From assembly GCA_964016885.1 (NCBI GenBank), contig OZ024743.1, positions 375,348,001-375,412,000 on the forward strand: 64,000 bases of DNA, written 5' to 3'. Origin of the DNA: Eledone cirrhosa (taxonomy: Eukaryota). Shown piece by piece: positions 31,246-46,382 of this stretch. The position numbers and the translations under genes were made by a program. How positions within the stretch are numbered: the first letter of the stretch is position 1; each line of letters starts with the position of its first letter. The notes beneath the pieces were generated by a model. That model made no database searches, was not told where the DNA came from, and saw only the letters and a program-made list of their open reading frames with translations.

Positions 31246-31769
31246 TCCACACCACAACCAAGACACATTAACTCTATAAAATGTCTACACCACCACCAAG
31301 ACACATTAACTCTATAAAATGGCCACACCACAACCAAGACACATTAACTCTATAAAATGTTTAAACCACCACCAAGTCACATTAACTCTATAAAATGTCT
31401 ACACCACAACCAAGACACATTAACTCTATAAAATGTCTACACCACCACCAAGACACATTAACTCTATAAAATGTCCACACCACCACCAAGACACATTAAC
31501 TCTATAAAATGTCTACACCACCACCAAGACACATTAACTCTATAAAATGTCTTCACCACAACCAAGACACATTAACTCTATAAAATGTTTACAACACCAC
31601 CAAGTCACATTAACTCTATAAAATGTCCACACCACCACCAAGACACATTAACTCTATAAAATGTCCACACCACCACCAAGACACATTAACTCTATAAAAT
31701 GTCTACACCACCACCAAGACACATTAACTCTATAAAATGTCCACACTACCACCATGACACATTAACTCT

Positions 31770-32960
31770 ATAAAATATCCACACCACCACCAAGACACAT
31801 TAACTCTATAAAATGTCTACACCACCACCAAGACACATTAACTCTATAAAATGTCTACACCACCACCAAGACACATTAACTCCATCAAATGTCTACACCA
31901 CCACCAAGACACATTAACACTATAAAATGTCTACACCACCACCAAGACACATTCACTCTACAAAATGTCCACACCACCACCAAGACACATTAACTCTATA
32001 AAATGTCCACAGCACCACCAAGACACATTAACTCTATAAAATGTTTACACCACCACCAAGTCACATTAACTCTATAAAATGTCTACACCACAACCAAGAC
32101 ACCTTAACTCTATAAAATGTCTACACCACCACCAAGACACATTAACTCTATAAAATGTCCACACCACCACCAAGACATATTAACTCTATAAAATGTCTAC
32201 ACCACCACCAAGACACATTAAATCTATAAAATGTCTACACCACCACCAAGACACATTAACTCTATAAAATGTCTACACCACAACCAAGACACATTAACTC
32301 TATAAAATGTTTACAACACCACCAAGACACATTAACTCTATAAAATGTCCACACCACCACCAAGACACATTAACTCTATAAAATGTCTACACCACCACCA
32401 AGACACATTAACTCCATCAAATGTCTACACCACCACCAAGACACATTAACACTATAAAATGTCTACACCACCACCAAGACACATTCACTCTACAAAATGT
32501 CCACACCACCACCAAGACACATTAACTCTATAAAATGTCCACAGCACCACCAAGACACATTAACTCTATAAAATGTTTACACCACCACCAAGTCACATTA
32601 ACTCTATAAAATGTCTACACCACAACCAAGACACCTTAACTCTATAAAATGTCTACACCACCACCAAGACACATTAACTCTATAAAATGTCCACACCACC
32701 ACCAAGACATATTAACTCTATAAAATGTCTACACCACCACCAAGACACATTAAATCTATAAAATGTCTACACCACCACCAAGACACATTAACTCTATAAA
32801 ATGTCTACACCACAACCAAGACACATTAACTCTATAAAATGTTTACAACACCACCAAGACACATTAACTCTATAAAATGTCCACACCACCACCAAGACAC
32901 ATTAACTCTATAAAATGTCTACACCACCACCAAGACACATTAAATCTATAAAATGTCTAC
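31770..32960 (+). repeat. Tandem duplication of a 532-bp (14-monomer) unit
   Basis: tccatcaaat at 31881/32413 and accttaac at 32101/32633; offset 532 = 14x38. Also present in macro-copy 2. Confidence 0.88.
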
Positions 32961-33479
32961 ACCTCCACCAAGACACATTTACTCTATAAATTGTCTACAT
33001 CACCACCCAGACACATTCACACTATAAAATGTCTACACCACCACCAAGACACATTCACTCTATAAAATGTCTACACCACCACCAAGACACATTCACTCTA
33101 CAAAATGTCCACACCACCACCAAGACACATTAACTCTACAAAATGTCCACAGCACCACCAAGACACATTAACTCTATAAAATGTTTATACCACCACCAAG
33201 TCACATTAACTCTATAAAATGTCTACACCACAACCAAGACACATTAACTCTATAAAATGTCTACACCACCAACAAGACACATTAACTCTATAAAATGTCC
33301 ACACCACCACCAAGACACATTAACTCTATAAAATGTCTACACCACCACCAAGACACATTAACTCTATAAAAGGTCTACACCACCACCAAGACACATTAAC
33401 TCTATAAAATGTCCACACCACCACCAAGACACATTAACTCTATAAAATGTCTACACCACCACCAAGACACATTAACTCT

Positions 33480-36400
33480 ATAAAATGTCCACACCACCAC
33501 CAAGACACATTAACTCTATAAAATGTCTACACCACCACCAAGACACATTAACTCTATAAAATGTTTACACCACCACCAAGTCACATTAACTGTATAAAAT
33601 GTCTACTCCACCACGAAGACACATTAACTCTATAAAATGTCTACACCACCATCAAGACACATTAACTCTATAAAATGTTTACACCACCACCAAGTCACAT
33701 TAACTCTATAAAATGTCTACACCACCACCAAGACACATTTACTCTATAAATTGTCTACACCACCACCAAGACACATTCACACTATAAAATGTCTACACCA
33801 CCACAAAGACACATTCACTCTATAAAATGTCTACACCACCACCAAGACACATTCACTCTACAAAATGTCCACACCACCACCAAGACACATTAACTCTATA
33901 AAATGTCCACAGCACCACCAACACACATTAACTCTATAAAATGTTTACACCACCACCAAGTCACATTAACTCTATAAAATGTCTACACCACAACCAAGAC
34001 ACATTAACTCTCTAAAATGTCTACACCACCACCAAGACACATTAACTCTATAAAATGTCCACACCACCACCAAGACACATTAACTATATAAAATGTCTAC
34101 ACCACCACCAAGACACATTAAGTCTATAAAATGTTTACACCACCACCAAGTCACATTAACTCTATAAAATGTCTACACCACAAACAAGACACATTAACTC
34201 TATAAAATGTCTACACCACCACCAAGACACATTCACTCTATAAAATGTCCACACCACAACCAAGACACATTAACTCTATAAAATGTCCACACCACCACCA
34301 AGACACATTAACTCTATAAAATGTCTACACCACCACCAAGACACATTAACTCTATAAAATGTTTACACCACCACCAAGTCACATTAACTCTATAAAATGT
34401 CTACACCACAACCAAGACACATTAACTCTATAAAATGTCTACACCACCACCAAGACACATTAACTCTATAAAATGTCCACACCACCACCAAGACACATTA
34501 ACTTTATAAAATGTCTACACCACCACCAAGACACATTAACTCTATAAAATGTCTACACCACCACCAAGACACATTAACTCTATAAAATGTTTACACCACC
34601 ACCAAGTCACATTAACTCTATAAAATGTCTACACCACCACCAAGACACTTTAACTCTATAAAATGTTTACACCACCACCAAGTCACATTAACTCTATAAA
34701 ATGTCTACACCACCACCCAGACACATTAACTCTATAAAATGTCTACACCACCACCAAGACACATTAACTCTATAAAATGTCCACACCACAACCAAGACAC
34801 ATTAACTCTATAAAATGTCCACACCACCACCAAGACACATTAACTCTATAAAATGTCTACACCACCACCAAGACACATTAACTCTATAAAATGTCTACAC
34901 CACCACCAAGACACATTAACTCTATAAAATGTCCACACCACCACCAAGACACATTAACTCTATATAATGTCCACACCACCACCAAGACACATTAACTCTA
35001 TAAAATGTCCACACCACCACCAAGACACATTAACTCTATAAAATGTCTACACCACCACCAAGACACATTAACTCTATAAAATGTCCACACCACCACCAAG
35101 ACACATTAACTCTATAAAATGTCTACACCACCACCAAGACACATTAACTCTATAAAATGTTTACACCACCACCAAGTCACATTAACTGTATAAAATGTCT
35201 ACTCCACCACGAAGACACATTAACTCTATAAAATGTCTACACCACCACCAAGACACATTAACTCTATAAAATGTTTACACCACCACCAAGTCACATTAAC
35301 TCTATAAAATGTCTACACCACCACCAAGACACATTTACTCTATAAATTGTCTACACCACCACCAAGACACATTCACACTATAAAATGTCTACACCACCAC
35401 AAAGACACATTCACTCTATAACATGTCTACACCACCACCAAGACACATTCACTCTACAAAATGTCCACACCACCACCAAGACACATTAACTCTATAAAAT
35501 GTCCACAGCACCACCAACACACATTAACTCTATAAAATGTTTACACCACCACCAAGTCACATTAACTCTATAAAATGTCTACACCACAACCAAGACACAT
35601 TAACTCTCTAAAATGTCTACACCACCACCAAGACACATTAACTCTATAAAATGTCCACACCACCACCAAGACACATTAACTATATAAAATGTCTACACTA
35701 TCACCAAGACACATTAAGTCTATAAAATGTTTACACCACCACCAAGTCACATTAACTCTATAAAATGTCTACACCACAACCAAGACACATTAACTCTATA
35801 AAATGTCTACACCACCACCAAGACACATTCACTCTATAAAATGTCCACACCACAACCAAGACACATTAACTCTATAAAATGTCTACACCACCACCAAGAC
35901 ACATTAACTCTATAAAATGTCTACACCACCACCAAGACACATTAACTCTATAAAATGTTTACACCACCACCAAGTCACATTAACTCTATAAAATGTCTAC
36001 ACCACAACCAAGACACATTAACTCTATAAAATGTCTACACCACCACCAAGACACATTAACTCTATAAAATGTCCACACCACCACCAAGACACATTAACTT
36101 TATAAAATGTCTACACCACCACCAAGACACATTAACTCTATAAAATGTCTACACCACCACCAAGACACATTAACTCTATAAAATGTTTACACCACCACCA
36201 AGTCACATTAACTCTATAAAATGTCTACACCACCACCAAGACACTTTAACTCTATAAAATGTTTACACCACCACCAAGTCACATTAACTCTATAAAATGT
36301 CTACACCACCACCCAGACACATTAACTCTATAAAATGTCTACACCACCACCAAGACACATTAACTCTATAAAATGTCCACACCACAACCAAGACACATTA

Positions 36401-37900
36401 ACTCTATAAAATGTCCACACCACCACCAAGACACATTAACTCTATAAAATGTCTACACCACCACCAAGACACATTAACTCTATAAAATGTCTACACCACC
36501 ACCAAGACACATTAACTCTATAAAATGTCCACACCACCACCAAGACACATTAACTCTATAAAATGTCTACACCACCACCAAGACACATTAACTCTATAAA
36601 ATGTTTACACCACCACCAAGTCATATTAACTCTATAAAATGTCTACTCCACCACGAAGACACATTAACTCTATAAAATGTCTACACCACCACCAAGACAC
36701 ATTAACTCTATAAAATGTTTACACCACCACCAAGTCACATTAACTCTATAGAATGTCTACACCACCACCAAGACACATTTACTCTATAAATTGTCTACAC
36801 CACCACCAAGACACATTCACACTATAAAATGTCTACACCACCACCAAGACACATTCACTCTATAAAATGTCTACACCACCACCAAGACACATTCACTCTA
36901 CAAAATGTCCACACCACCACCAAGATACATTAACTCTATAAAATGTCCACAGCACCACCAAGACACATTAACTCTATAAAATGTTTACACCACCACCAAG
37001 TCACATTAACTCTATAAAATGTCTACACCACAACCAAGACACATTAACTCTCTAAAATGTCTACACCACCACCAAGACACATTAACTCTATAAAATGTCC
37101 ACACCACCACCAAGACACATTAACTATATAAAATGTCTACACCACCACCAAGACACATTAAGTCTATAAAATGTTTACACCACCACCAAGTCACATTAAC
37201 TCTATAAAATGTCTACACCACAACCAAGACACATTAACTCTATAAAATGTCTACACCACCACCAAGACACATTCACTCTATAAAATGTCCACACCACAAC
37301 CAAGACACATTAACTCTATAAAATGTCCACACCACCACCAAGACACATTAACTCTATAAAATGTCTACATCACCACCAAGACACATTAACTCTATAAAAT
37401 GTTTACACCACCACCAAGTCACATTAACTCTATAAAATGTCTACACCACAACCAAGACACATTAACTCTATAAAATGTCTACACCACCACCAAGACACAT
37501 TAACTCTATAAAATGTCCACACCACCACCAAGACACATTAACTTTATAAAATGTCTACACCACCACCAAGACACATTAACTCTATAAAATGTCTACACCA
37601 CCACCAAGACACATTAACTCTATAAAATGTTTACACCACCACCAAGTCACATTAACTCTATAAAATGTCTACACCACCACCAAGACACTTTAACTCTATA
37701 AAATGTTTACACCACCACCAAGTCACATTAACTCTATAAAATGTCTACACCACCACCCAGACACATTAACTCTATAAAATGTCTACACCACCACCAAGAC
37801 ACATTAACTCTATAAAATGTCCACACCACCACCAAGACACATTAACTCTATAAAATGTCTACACCACCACCAAGACACATTAACTCTATAAAATGTCTAC
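33480..37900 (+). repeat. Three tandem copies of a ~1.4-1.6-kb (42/38-monomer) higher-order unit
   Basis: The G of the marker attaagtctat lies at 34122, 35718 and 37162 (spacings 1596 = 42x38 and 1444 = 38x38). The markers ctactccaccacgaag, aactttat, gacacttt and cacccagac recur in the same order. Repeated again at +23510. Confidence 0.85.
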
Positions 37901-40099
37901 ACCACCACCAACACACATTAACTCCATAAAATGTCTACACCACCACCAAGACACATTAACTCTATAAAATGTCCACACCACAACCAAGACACATTAACTC
38001 TATAAAATGTTTACACCACCACCAAGTCACATTAACTCTATAAAATGTCTACACCACCACCAAGTCACATTAACTCTATAAAATGTCTACACCACCACCA
38101 AGACACATTCACACTATAAAATGTCTACACCACCACCAAGACACATTAACTCTATAAAATGTTTACACCACCACCAAGACACATTAACTCTATAAAATGT
38201 CCACACCACCACCAAGACACATTAACTCTATAAAATGTTTACACCACCACCAAGGCACATTACCTCTATAAAATGTCCACACCACCACCAAGACACATTA
38301 ACTCTATAAAATGTTTACACCACCACCAAGACACATTAACTCTATAAAATGTCCACACCACCACCAAGACACATTAACTCTATAAAATGTCCACACCACC
38401 ACCAAATCACATTAACTCTATAAAATGTCTACACCACCACCAAGACACATTCACTATATAAAATGTCCACACCACCACCAAGACACATTAACTCTATAAA
38501 ATGTCTACACCACAACCAAGACACATTAACTCTATAAAATGTCCACACCACCACCAAGTCACATTAACTCTATAAAATGTCTACACCACCACCAAGACAC
38601 ATTAACTCTATAAAATGTCTACACCACCACCAAGACACATTTACTCTATAAATTGTCTACACCACCACCAAGACACATTCACACTATAAAATGTCTACAC
38701 CACCACCAAGACACATTAACTCTATAAAATGTCCACACCACCACCAAGACACATTAACTCTATAAAATGTTTACACCACAACCAAGACACATTAACTCTA
38801 TAAAATGTCCACACCACCGCCAAGACACATTAACTCTATAAAATGTCTACACCACCACCAAGACACATTAACTCTATAAAATGTCCACACCACCACCAAG
38901 ACACATTCACTCTATAAAATATCTACACCACAACCAAGACACATTAACTCTATAAAATGTCTACACCACCACCAAGACACATTCACTCTATAAAATGTCT
39001 ACACCACCACCAAGACACATTCACTCTATAAAATATCTACACCACAACCAAGACACATTAACTCTATAAAATGTCTACACCACCACCAAGACACATTAAC
39101 TCTATAAAATGTCTACACCACCACCAAGACACATTCACTCTATAAAATGTTTACACCACCACCAAGACACATTAACTCTATAAATTGTCTACACCACCAC
39201 CAAGACACATTCACACTATAAAATGTCTACACCACCACCAAGACACATTCACACTATAAAACGTCTACACCACCACCAAGACACATTAACTCTATAAAAT
39301 GTTTACACCACCAAGTCACATTAACTCTATAAAATGTCTACACCACCACCAAGACACATTAACTCTATAAAATGTCTACACCACCACCAAGACACATTTC
39401 CTCTATAAATTGTCTACACCACCACCAAGACACATTCACACTATAAAATGTCTACACCACCACCAAGACACGTTCACTCTATAAAATGTCTACACCACCA
39501 CCAAGACACATTCACTTTACAAAATGTCCATACCACCACCAAGACACATTAACTCTATAAAATGTCCACAGCACCACCAAGACACATTAACTCCATAAAA
39601 TGTTTACACCACCACCAAGTCACATTAACTCTATAAACTGTCTAGACCACCACCAAGACACATTAACTCTATAAAATGTCTACACCACCACCAAGACACA
39701 TTCACATTATAAAATGTCTACACCACCACCAAGACACGTTCACTCTATAAAATGTCTACACCACCACCAAGACACACTCACTTTACAAAATGTCCATACC
39801 ACCACCAAGACACATTAACTCTATAAAATGTCTACACCACCACCAAGACACATTAACTCTATAAAATGTTTACACCACCACCAAGACACATTAACTCTCT
39901 AAAATGTTTACACCACCACCAAGACACATTAACTCTATAAAATGTTTACACCACCACCAAGTCACATTAACTCTATAAACTGGGTAGACCACCACCAAGA
40001 CACATTAACTCTATAAAATGTCTACACCACCACCAAGACACATTCACACTATAAAATGTCTACACCACCACCAAGACACATTCACACTATAAAATGTCT

Positions 40100-41100
40100 A
40101 GACCACCACCAAGACACATTAACTCTATAAAATGTCCACACCACAACCAAGACACATTCACTCTATAAAATATCTACACCACCACCAAGACACATTCACA
40201 CTATAAAATGTCTAGACCACCACCAAGACACATTTACTCCATAAAATGTCCACACCACAACCAAGACACATTCACTCTATAAAATGTCTACACCACCACC
40301 AAGACACATTCACTCTATAAAATGTCCACACCACAACCAGTACACATTCACTCTATAAAATGTCTAGACCACCACCAAGACACATTATCTCTATAAAATG
40401 TCCACACCACAACCAAGACACATTCACTCTATAAAATGTCTACACCACCACCAAGAAACATTCACACTATAAAATGTCTACACCACAACCAAGACACATT
40501 CACTCTATAAAATGTCTACACCACCACCAAGACACATTCACTCTACAAAATATCCACACCACCACCAAGACACATTAACTCTATAAAATGTCCACACCAC
40601 CACCAAGACACATTAACTCTATAAAATGTTTACAGGACCACCAAGACACATTAACTCTATAAAATGTTTACACCACCACCAAGACACATTAACTCTATAA
40701 AATGTTTACACCACCACCAAGTCACATTAACTCTATAAAATGTTTACACCACCACCAAGACACATTAACTCTATAAAATGTCCACACCACAACCAAGACA
40801 CATTCACTCTATAAAATATCTACACCACCACCAAGACACATTCACACTATAAAATGTCTAGACCACCACCAAGACACATGTACTCCATAAAATGTCCACA
40901 CCACAACCAAGACACATTCACTCTATAAAATGTCTACACCACCACCAAGACACATTCACTCTATAAAATGTCCACACCACAACCAGTACACATTCACTCT
41001 ATAAAATGTCTAGACCACCACCAAGACACATTATCTCTATAAAATGTCCACACCACAACCAAGACACATTCACTCTATAAAATGTCTACACCACCACCAA
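40100..41100 (+). repeat. 17-monomer (646-bp) offset duplication inside the homogeneous domain
   Basis: The G of caaccagtacac lies at 40340 and 40986. The flanking gtctagacc and attatctctat variants occur in the same order. Confidence 0.78.
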
Positions 41101-44100
41101 GACACATTAACTCTATAAATTGTCTACACCACCACCAAGACACATTCACACTATAAAATGTCTACACCACCACCAAGACACATTAACTCTATAAATTGTC
41201 TACACCACCACCAAGACACATTCACACTATAAAACGTCTACACCACCACCAAGACACATTAACTCTATAAAATGTTTACACCACCACCAAGTCACATTAA
41301 CTCTATAAAATGTCTACACCACCACCAAGACACATTAACTCTATAAAATGTCTACACCACCACCAAGACACATTTCCTCTATAAATTGTCTACACCACCA
41401 CCAAGACACATTCACACTATAAAATGTCTACACCACCACCAAGACACATTAACTCTATAAATTGTCTACACCACCACCAAGACACATTCACACTATAAAA
41501 CGTCTACACCACCACCAAGACACATTAACTCTATAAAATGTTTACACCACCACCAAGTCACATTAACTCTATAAAATGTCTACACCACCACCAAGACACA
41601 TTAACTCTATAAAATGTCCACACCACCACCAAGACACATTAACTATATAAAATGTCTACACCACCACCAAGACACATTAAGTCTATAAAATGTTTACACC
41701 ACCACCAAGTCACATTAACTCTATAAAATGTCTACACCACAACCAAGACACATTAACTCTATAAAATGTCTACACCACCACCAAGACACATTCACTCTAT
41801 AAAATGTCCACACCACAACCAAGACACATTAACTCTATAAAATGTCCACACCACCACCAAGACACATTAACTCTATAAAATGTCTACACCACCACCAAGA
41901 CACATTAACTCTATAAAATGTTTACACCACCACCAAGTCACATTAACTCTATAAAATGTCTACACCACAACCAAGACACATTAACTCTATAAAATGTCTA
42001 CACCACCACCAAGACACATTAACTCTATAAAATGTCCACACCACCACCAAGACACATTAACTTTATAAAATGTCTACACCACCACCAAGACACATTAACT
42101 CTATAAAATGTCTACACCACCATCAAGACACATTAACTCTATAAAATGTTTACACCACCACCAAGTCACATTAACTCTATAAAATGTCTACACCACCACC
42201 AAGACACTTTAACTCTATAAAATGTTTACACCACCACCAAGTCACATTAACTCTATAAAATGTCTACACCACCACCCAGACACATTAACTCTATAAAATG
42301 TCTACACCACCACCAAGACACATTAACTCTATAAAATGTCCACACCACCACCAAGACACATTAACTCTATAAAATGTCTACACCACCACCAAGACACATT
42401 AACTCTATAAAATGTCTACACCACCACCAACACACATTAACTCCATAAAATGTCTACACCACCACCAAGACACATTAACTCTATAAAATGTCCACACCAC
42501 AACCAAGACACATTAACTCTATAAAATGTTTACACCACCACCAAGTCACATTAACTCTATAAAATGTCTACACCACCACCAAGTCACATTAACTCTATAA
42601 AATGTCTACACCACCACCAAGACACATTCACACTATAAAATGTCTAGACCACCACCAAGACACATTATCTCTATAAAATGTCCACACCACAACCAAGACA
42701 CATTCACTCTATAAAATGTCTACACCACCACCAAGAAACATTCACACTATAAAATGTCTACACCACAACCAAGACACATTCACTCTATAAAATGTCTACA
42801 CCACCACCAAGACACATTCACTCTACAAAATATCCACACCACCACCAAGACACATTAACTCTATAAAATGTCCACACCACCACCAAGACACATTAACTCT
42901 ATAAAATGTTTACAGGACCACCAAGACACATTAACTCTATAAAATGTTTACACCACCACCAAGACACATTAACTCTATAAAATGTTTACACCACCACCAA
43001 GTCACATTAACTCTATAAAATGTTTACACCACCACCAAGACACATTAACTCTATAAAATGTCCACACCACAACCAAGACACATTCACTCTATAAAATATC
43101 TACACCACCACCAAGACACATTCACACTATAAAATGTCTAGACCACCACCAAGACACATGTACTCCATAAAATGTCCACACCACAACCAAGACACATTCA
43201 CTCTATAAAATGTCTACACCACCACCAAGACACATTCACTCTATAAAATGTCCACACCACAACCAGTACACATTCACTCTATAAAATGTCTAGACCACCA
43301 CCAAGACACATTATCTCTATAAAATGTCCACACCACAACCAAGACACATTCACTCTATAAAATGTCTACACCACCACCAAGACACATTAACTCTATAAAT
43401 TGTCTACACCACCACCAAGACACATTCACACTATAAAATGTCTACACCACCACCAAGACACATTAACTCTATAAATTGTCTACACCACCACCAAGACACA
43501 TTCACACTATAAAACGTCTACACCACCACCAAGACACATTAACTCTATAAAATGTTTACACCACCACCAAGTCACATTAACTCTATAAAATGTCTACACC
43601 ACCACCAAGACACATTAACTCTATAAAATGTCTACACCACCACCAAGACACATTTCCTCTATAAATTGTCTACACCACCACCAAGACACATTCACACTAT
43701 AAAATGTCTACACCACCACCAAGACACATTAACTCTATAAATTGTCTACACCACCACCAAGACACATTCACACTATAAAACGTCTACACCACCACCAAGA
43801 CACATTAACTCTATAAAATGTTTACACCACCACCAAGTCACATTAACTCTATAAAATGTCTACACCACCACCAAGACACATTAACTCTATAAAATGTCCA
43901 CACCACCACCAAGACACATTAACTATATAAAATGTCTACACCACCACCAAGACACATTAAGTCTATAAAATGTTTACACCACCACCAAGTCACATTAACT
44001 CTATAAAATGTCTACACCACAACCAAGACACATTAACTCTATAAAATGTCTACACCACCACCAAGACACATTCACTCTATAAAATGTCCACACCACAACC

Positions 44101-44926
44101 AAGACACATTAACTCTATAAAATGTCCACACCACCACCAAGACACATTAACTCTATAAAATGTCTACACCACCACCAAGACACATTAACTCTATAAAATG
44201 TTTACACCACCACCAAGTCACATTAACTCTATAAAATGTCTACACCACAACCAAGACACATTAACTCTATAAAATGTCTACACCACCACCAAGACACATT
44301 AACTCTATAAAATGTCCACACCACCACCAAGACACATTAACTTTATAAAATGTCTACACCACCACCAAGACACATTAACTCTATAAAATGTCTACACCAC
44401 CATCAAGACACATTAACTCTATAAAATGTTTACACCACCACCAAGTCACATTAACTCTATAAAATGTCTACACCACCACCAAGACACTTTAACTCTATAA
44501 AATGTTTACACCACCACCAAGTCACATTAACTCTATAAAATGTCTACACCACCACCCAGACACATTAACTCTATAAAATGTCTACACCACCACCAAGACA
44601 CATTAACTCTATAAAATGTCCACACCACCACCAAGACACATTAACTCTATAAAATGTCTACACCACCACCAAGACACATTAACTCTATAAAATGTCTACA
44701 CCACCACCAACACACATTAACTCCATAAAATGTCTACACCACCACCAAGACACATTAACTCTATAAAATGTCCACACCACAACCAAGACACATTAACTCT
44801 ATAAAATGTTTACACCACCACCAAGTCACATTAACTCTATAAAATGTCTACACCACCACCAAGTCACATTAACTCTATAAAATGTCTACACCACCACCAA
44901 GACACATTCACACTATAAAATGTCTA
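40354..44926 (+). repeat. Tandem duplication of a 2,280-bp (60-monomer) higher-order unit
   Basis: Lines from 40381 match lines from 42661. The rare variants tacaggacca (40631/42911) and acatgtactccat (~40876/43156) are offset by 2280 = 60x38. The junction is near 42640. Confidence 0.92.
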
Positions 44927-46382
44927 CACCACCACCAAGACACATTAACTCTATAAAATGTTTACACCACCACCAAGACACATTAACTCTATAAAATGTC
45001 CACACCACCACCAAGACACATTAACTCTATAAAATGTTTACACCACCACCAAGACACATTACCTCTATAAAATGTCCACACCACCACCAAGACACATTAA
45101 CTCTATAAAATGTTTACACCACCACCAAGACACATTAACTCTATAAAATGTCCACACCACCACCAAGACACATTAACTCTATAAAATGTCCACACCACCA
45201 CCAAATCACATTAACTCTATAAAATGTCTACACCACCACCAAGACACATTCACTATATAAAATGTCCACACCACCACCAAGACACATTAACTCTATAAAA
45301 TGTCTACACCACAACCAAGACACATTAACTCTATAAAATGTCCACACCACCACCAAGTCACATTAACTCTATAAAATGTCTACACCACCACCAAGACACA
45401 TTAACTCTATAAAATGTCTACACCACCACCAAGACACATTTACTCTATAAATTGTCTACACCACCACCAAGACACATTCACACTATAAAATGTCTACACC
45501 ACCACCAAGACACATTAACTCTATAAAATGTCCACACCACCACCAAGACACATTAACTCTATAAAATGTTTACACCACAACCAAGACACATTAACTCTAT
45601 AAAATGTCCACACCACCACCAAGACACATTAACTCTATAAAATGTCTACACCACCACCAAGACACATTAACTCTATAAAATGTCCACACCACCACCAAGA
45701 CACATTAACTCTATAAAATGTCTACACCACCACCAAGACACATTAACTCTATAAAATGTCCACACCACCACCAAGACACATTAACTCTATAAAATGTCCA
45801 CACCACCACCAAGACACATTCACTCTATAAAATATCTACACCACAACCAAGACACATTAACTCTATAAAATGTCTACACCACCACCAAGACACATTCACT
45901 CTATAAAATGTCTACACCACCACCAAGACACATTCACTCTATAAAATATCTACACCACAACCAAGACACATTAACTCTATAAAATGTCTACACCACCACC
46001 AAGACACATTAACTCTATAAAATGTCTACACCACCACCAAGACACATTCACTCTATAAAATGTTTACACCACCACCAAGACACATTAACTCTATAAATTG
46101 TCTACACCACCACCAAGACACATTCACACTATAAAATGTCTACACCACCACCAAGACACATTAACTCTATAAATTGTCTACACCACCACCAAGACACATT
46201 CACACTATAAAACGTCTACACCACCACCAAGACACATTAACTCTATAAAATGTTTACACCACCACCAAGTCACATTAACTCTATAAAATGTCTACACCAC
46301 CACCAAGACACATTAACTCTATAAAATGTCTACACCACCACCAAGACACATTTCCTCTATAAATTGTCTACACCACCACCAA

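Larger units (their letters stand above)
22873..46382 (+). repeat. Copy 1 of a ~23,510-bp tandem macro-repeat (~619 monomers)
   Basis: ORF pairs are offset by exactly 23510: 22930/46440, 24523/48033, 25129/48639, 27257/50767, 28358/51868, 31056/54566. Identity breaks upstream of 22872/46382 (acgac vs aagac, and different preceding monomers). Confidence 0.95.

Noticed and set aside
39640-43300. GTCTAGAC palindromes (SMAD-binding element consensus)
   Set aside because: A single C>G variant of GTCTACAC propagated by local duplication, with no independent support for function.
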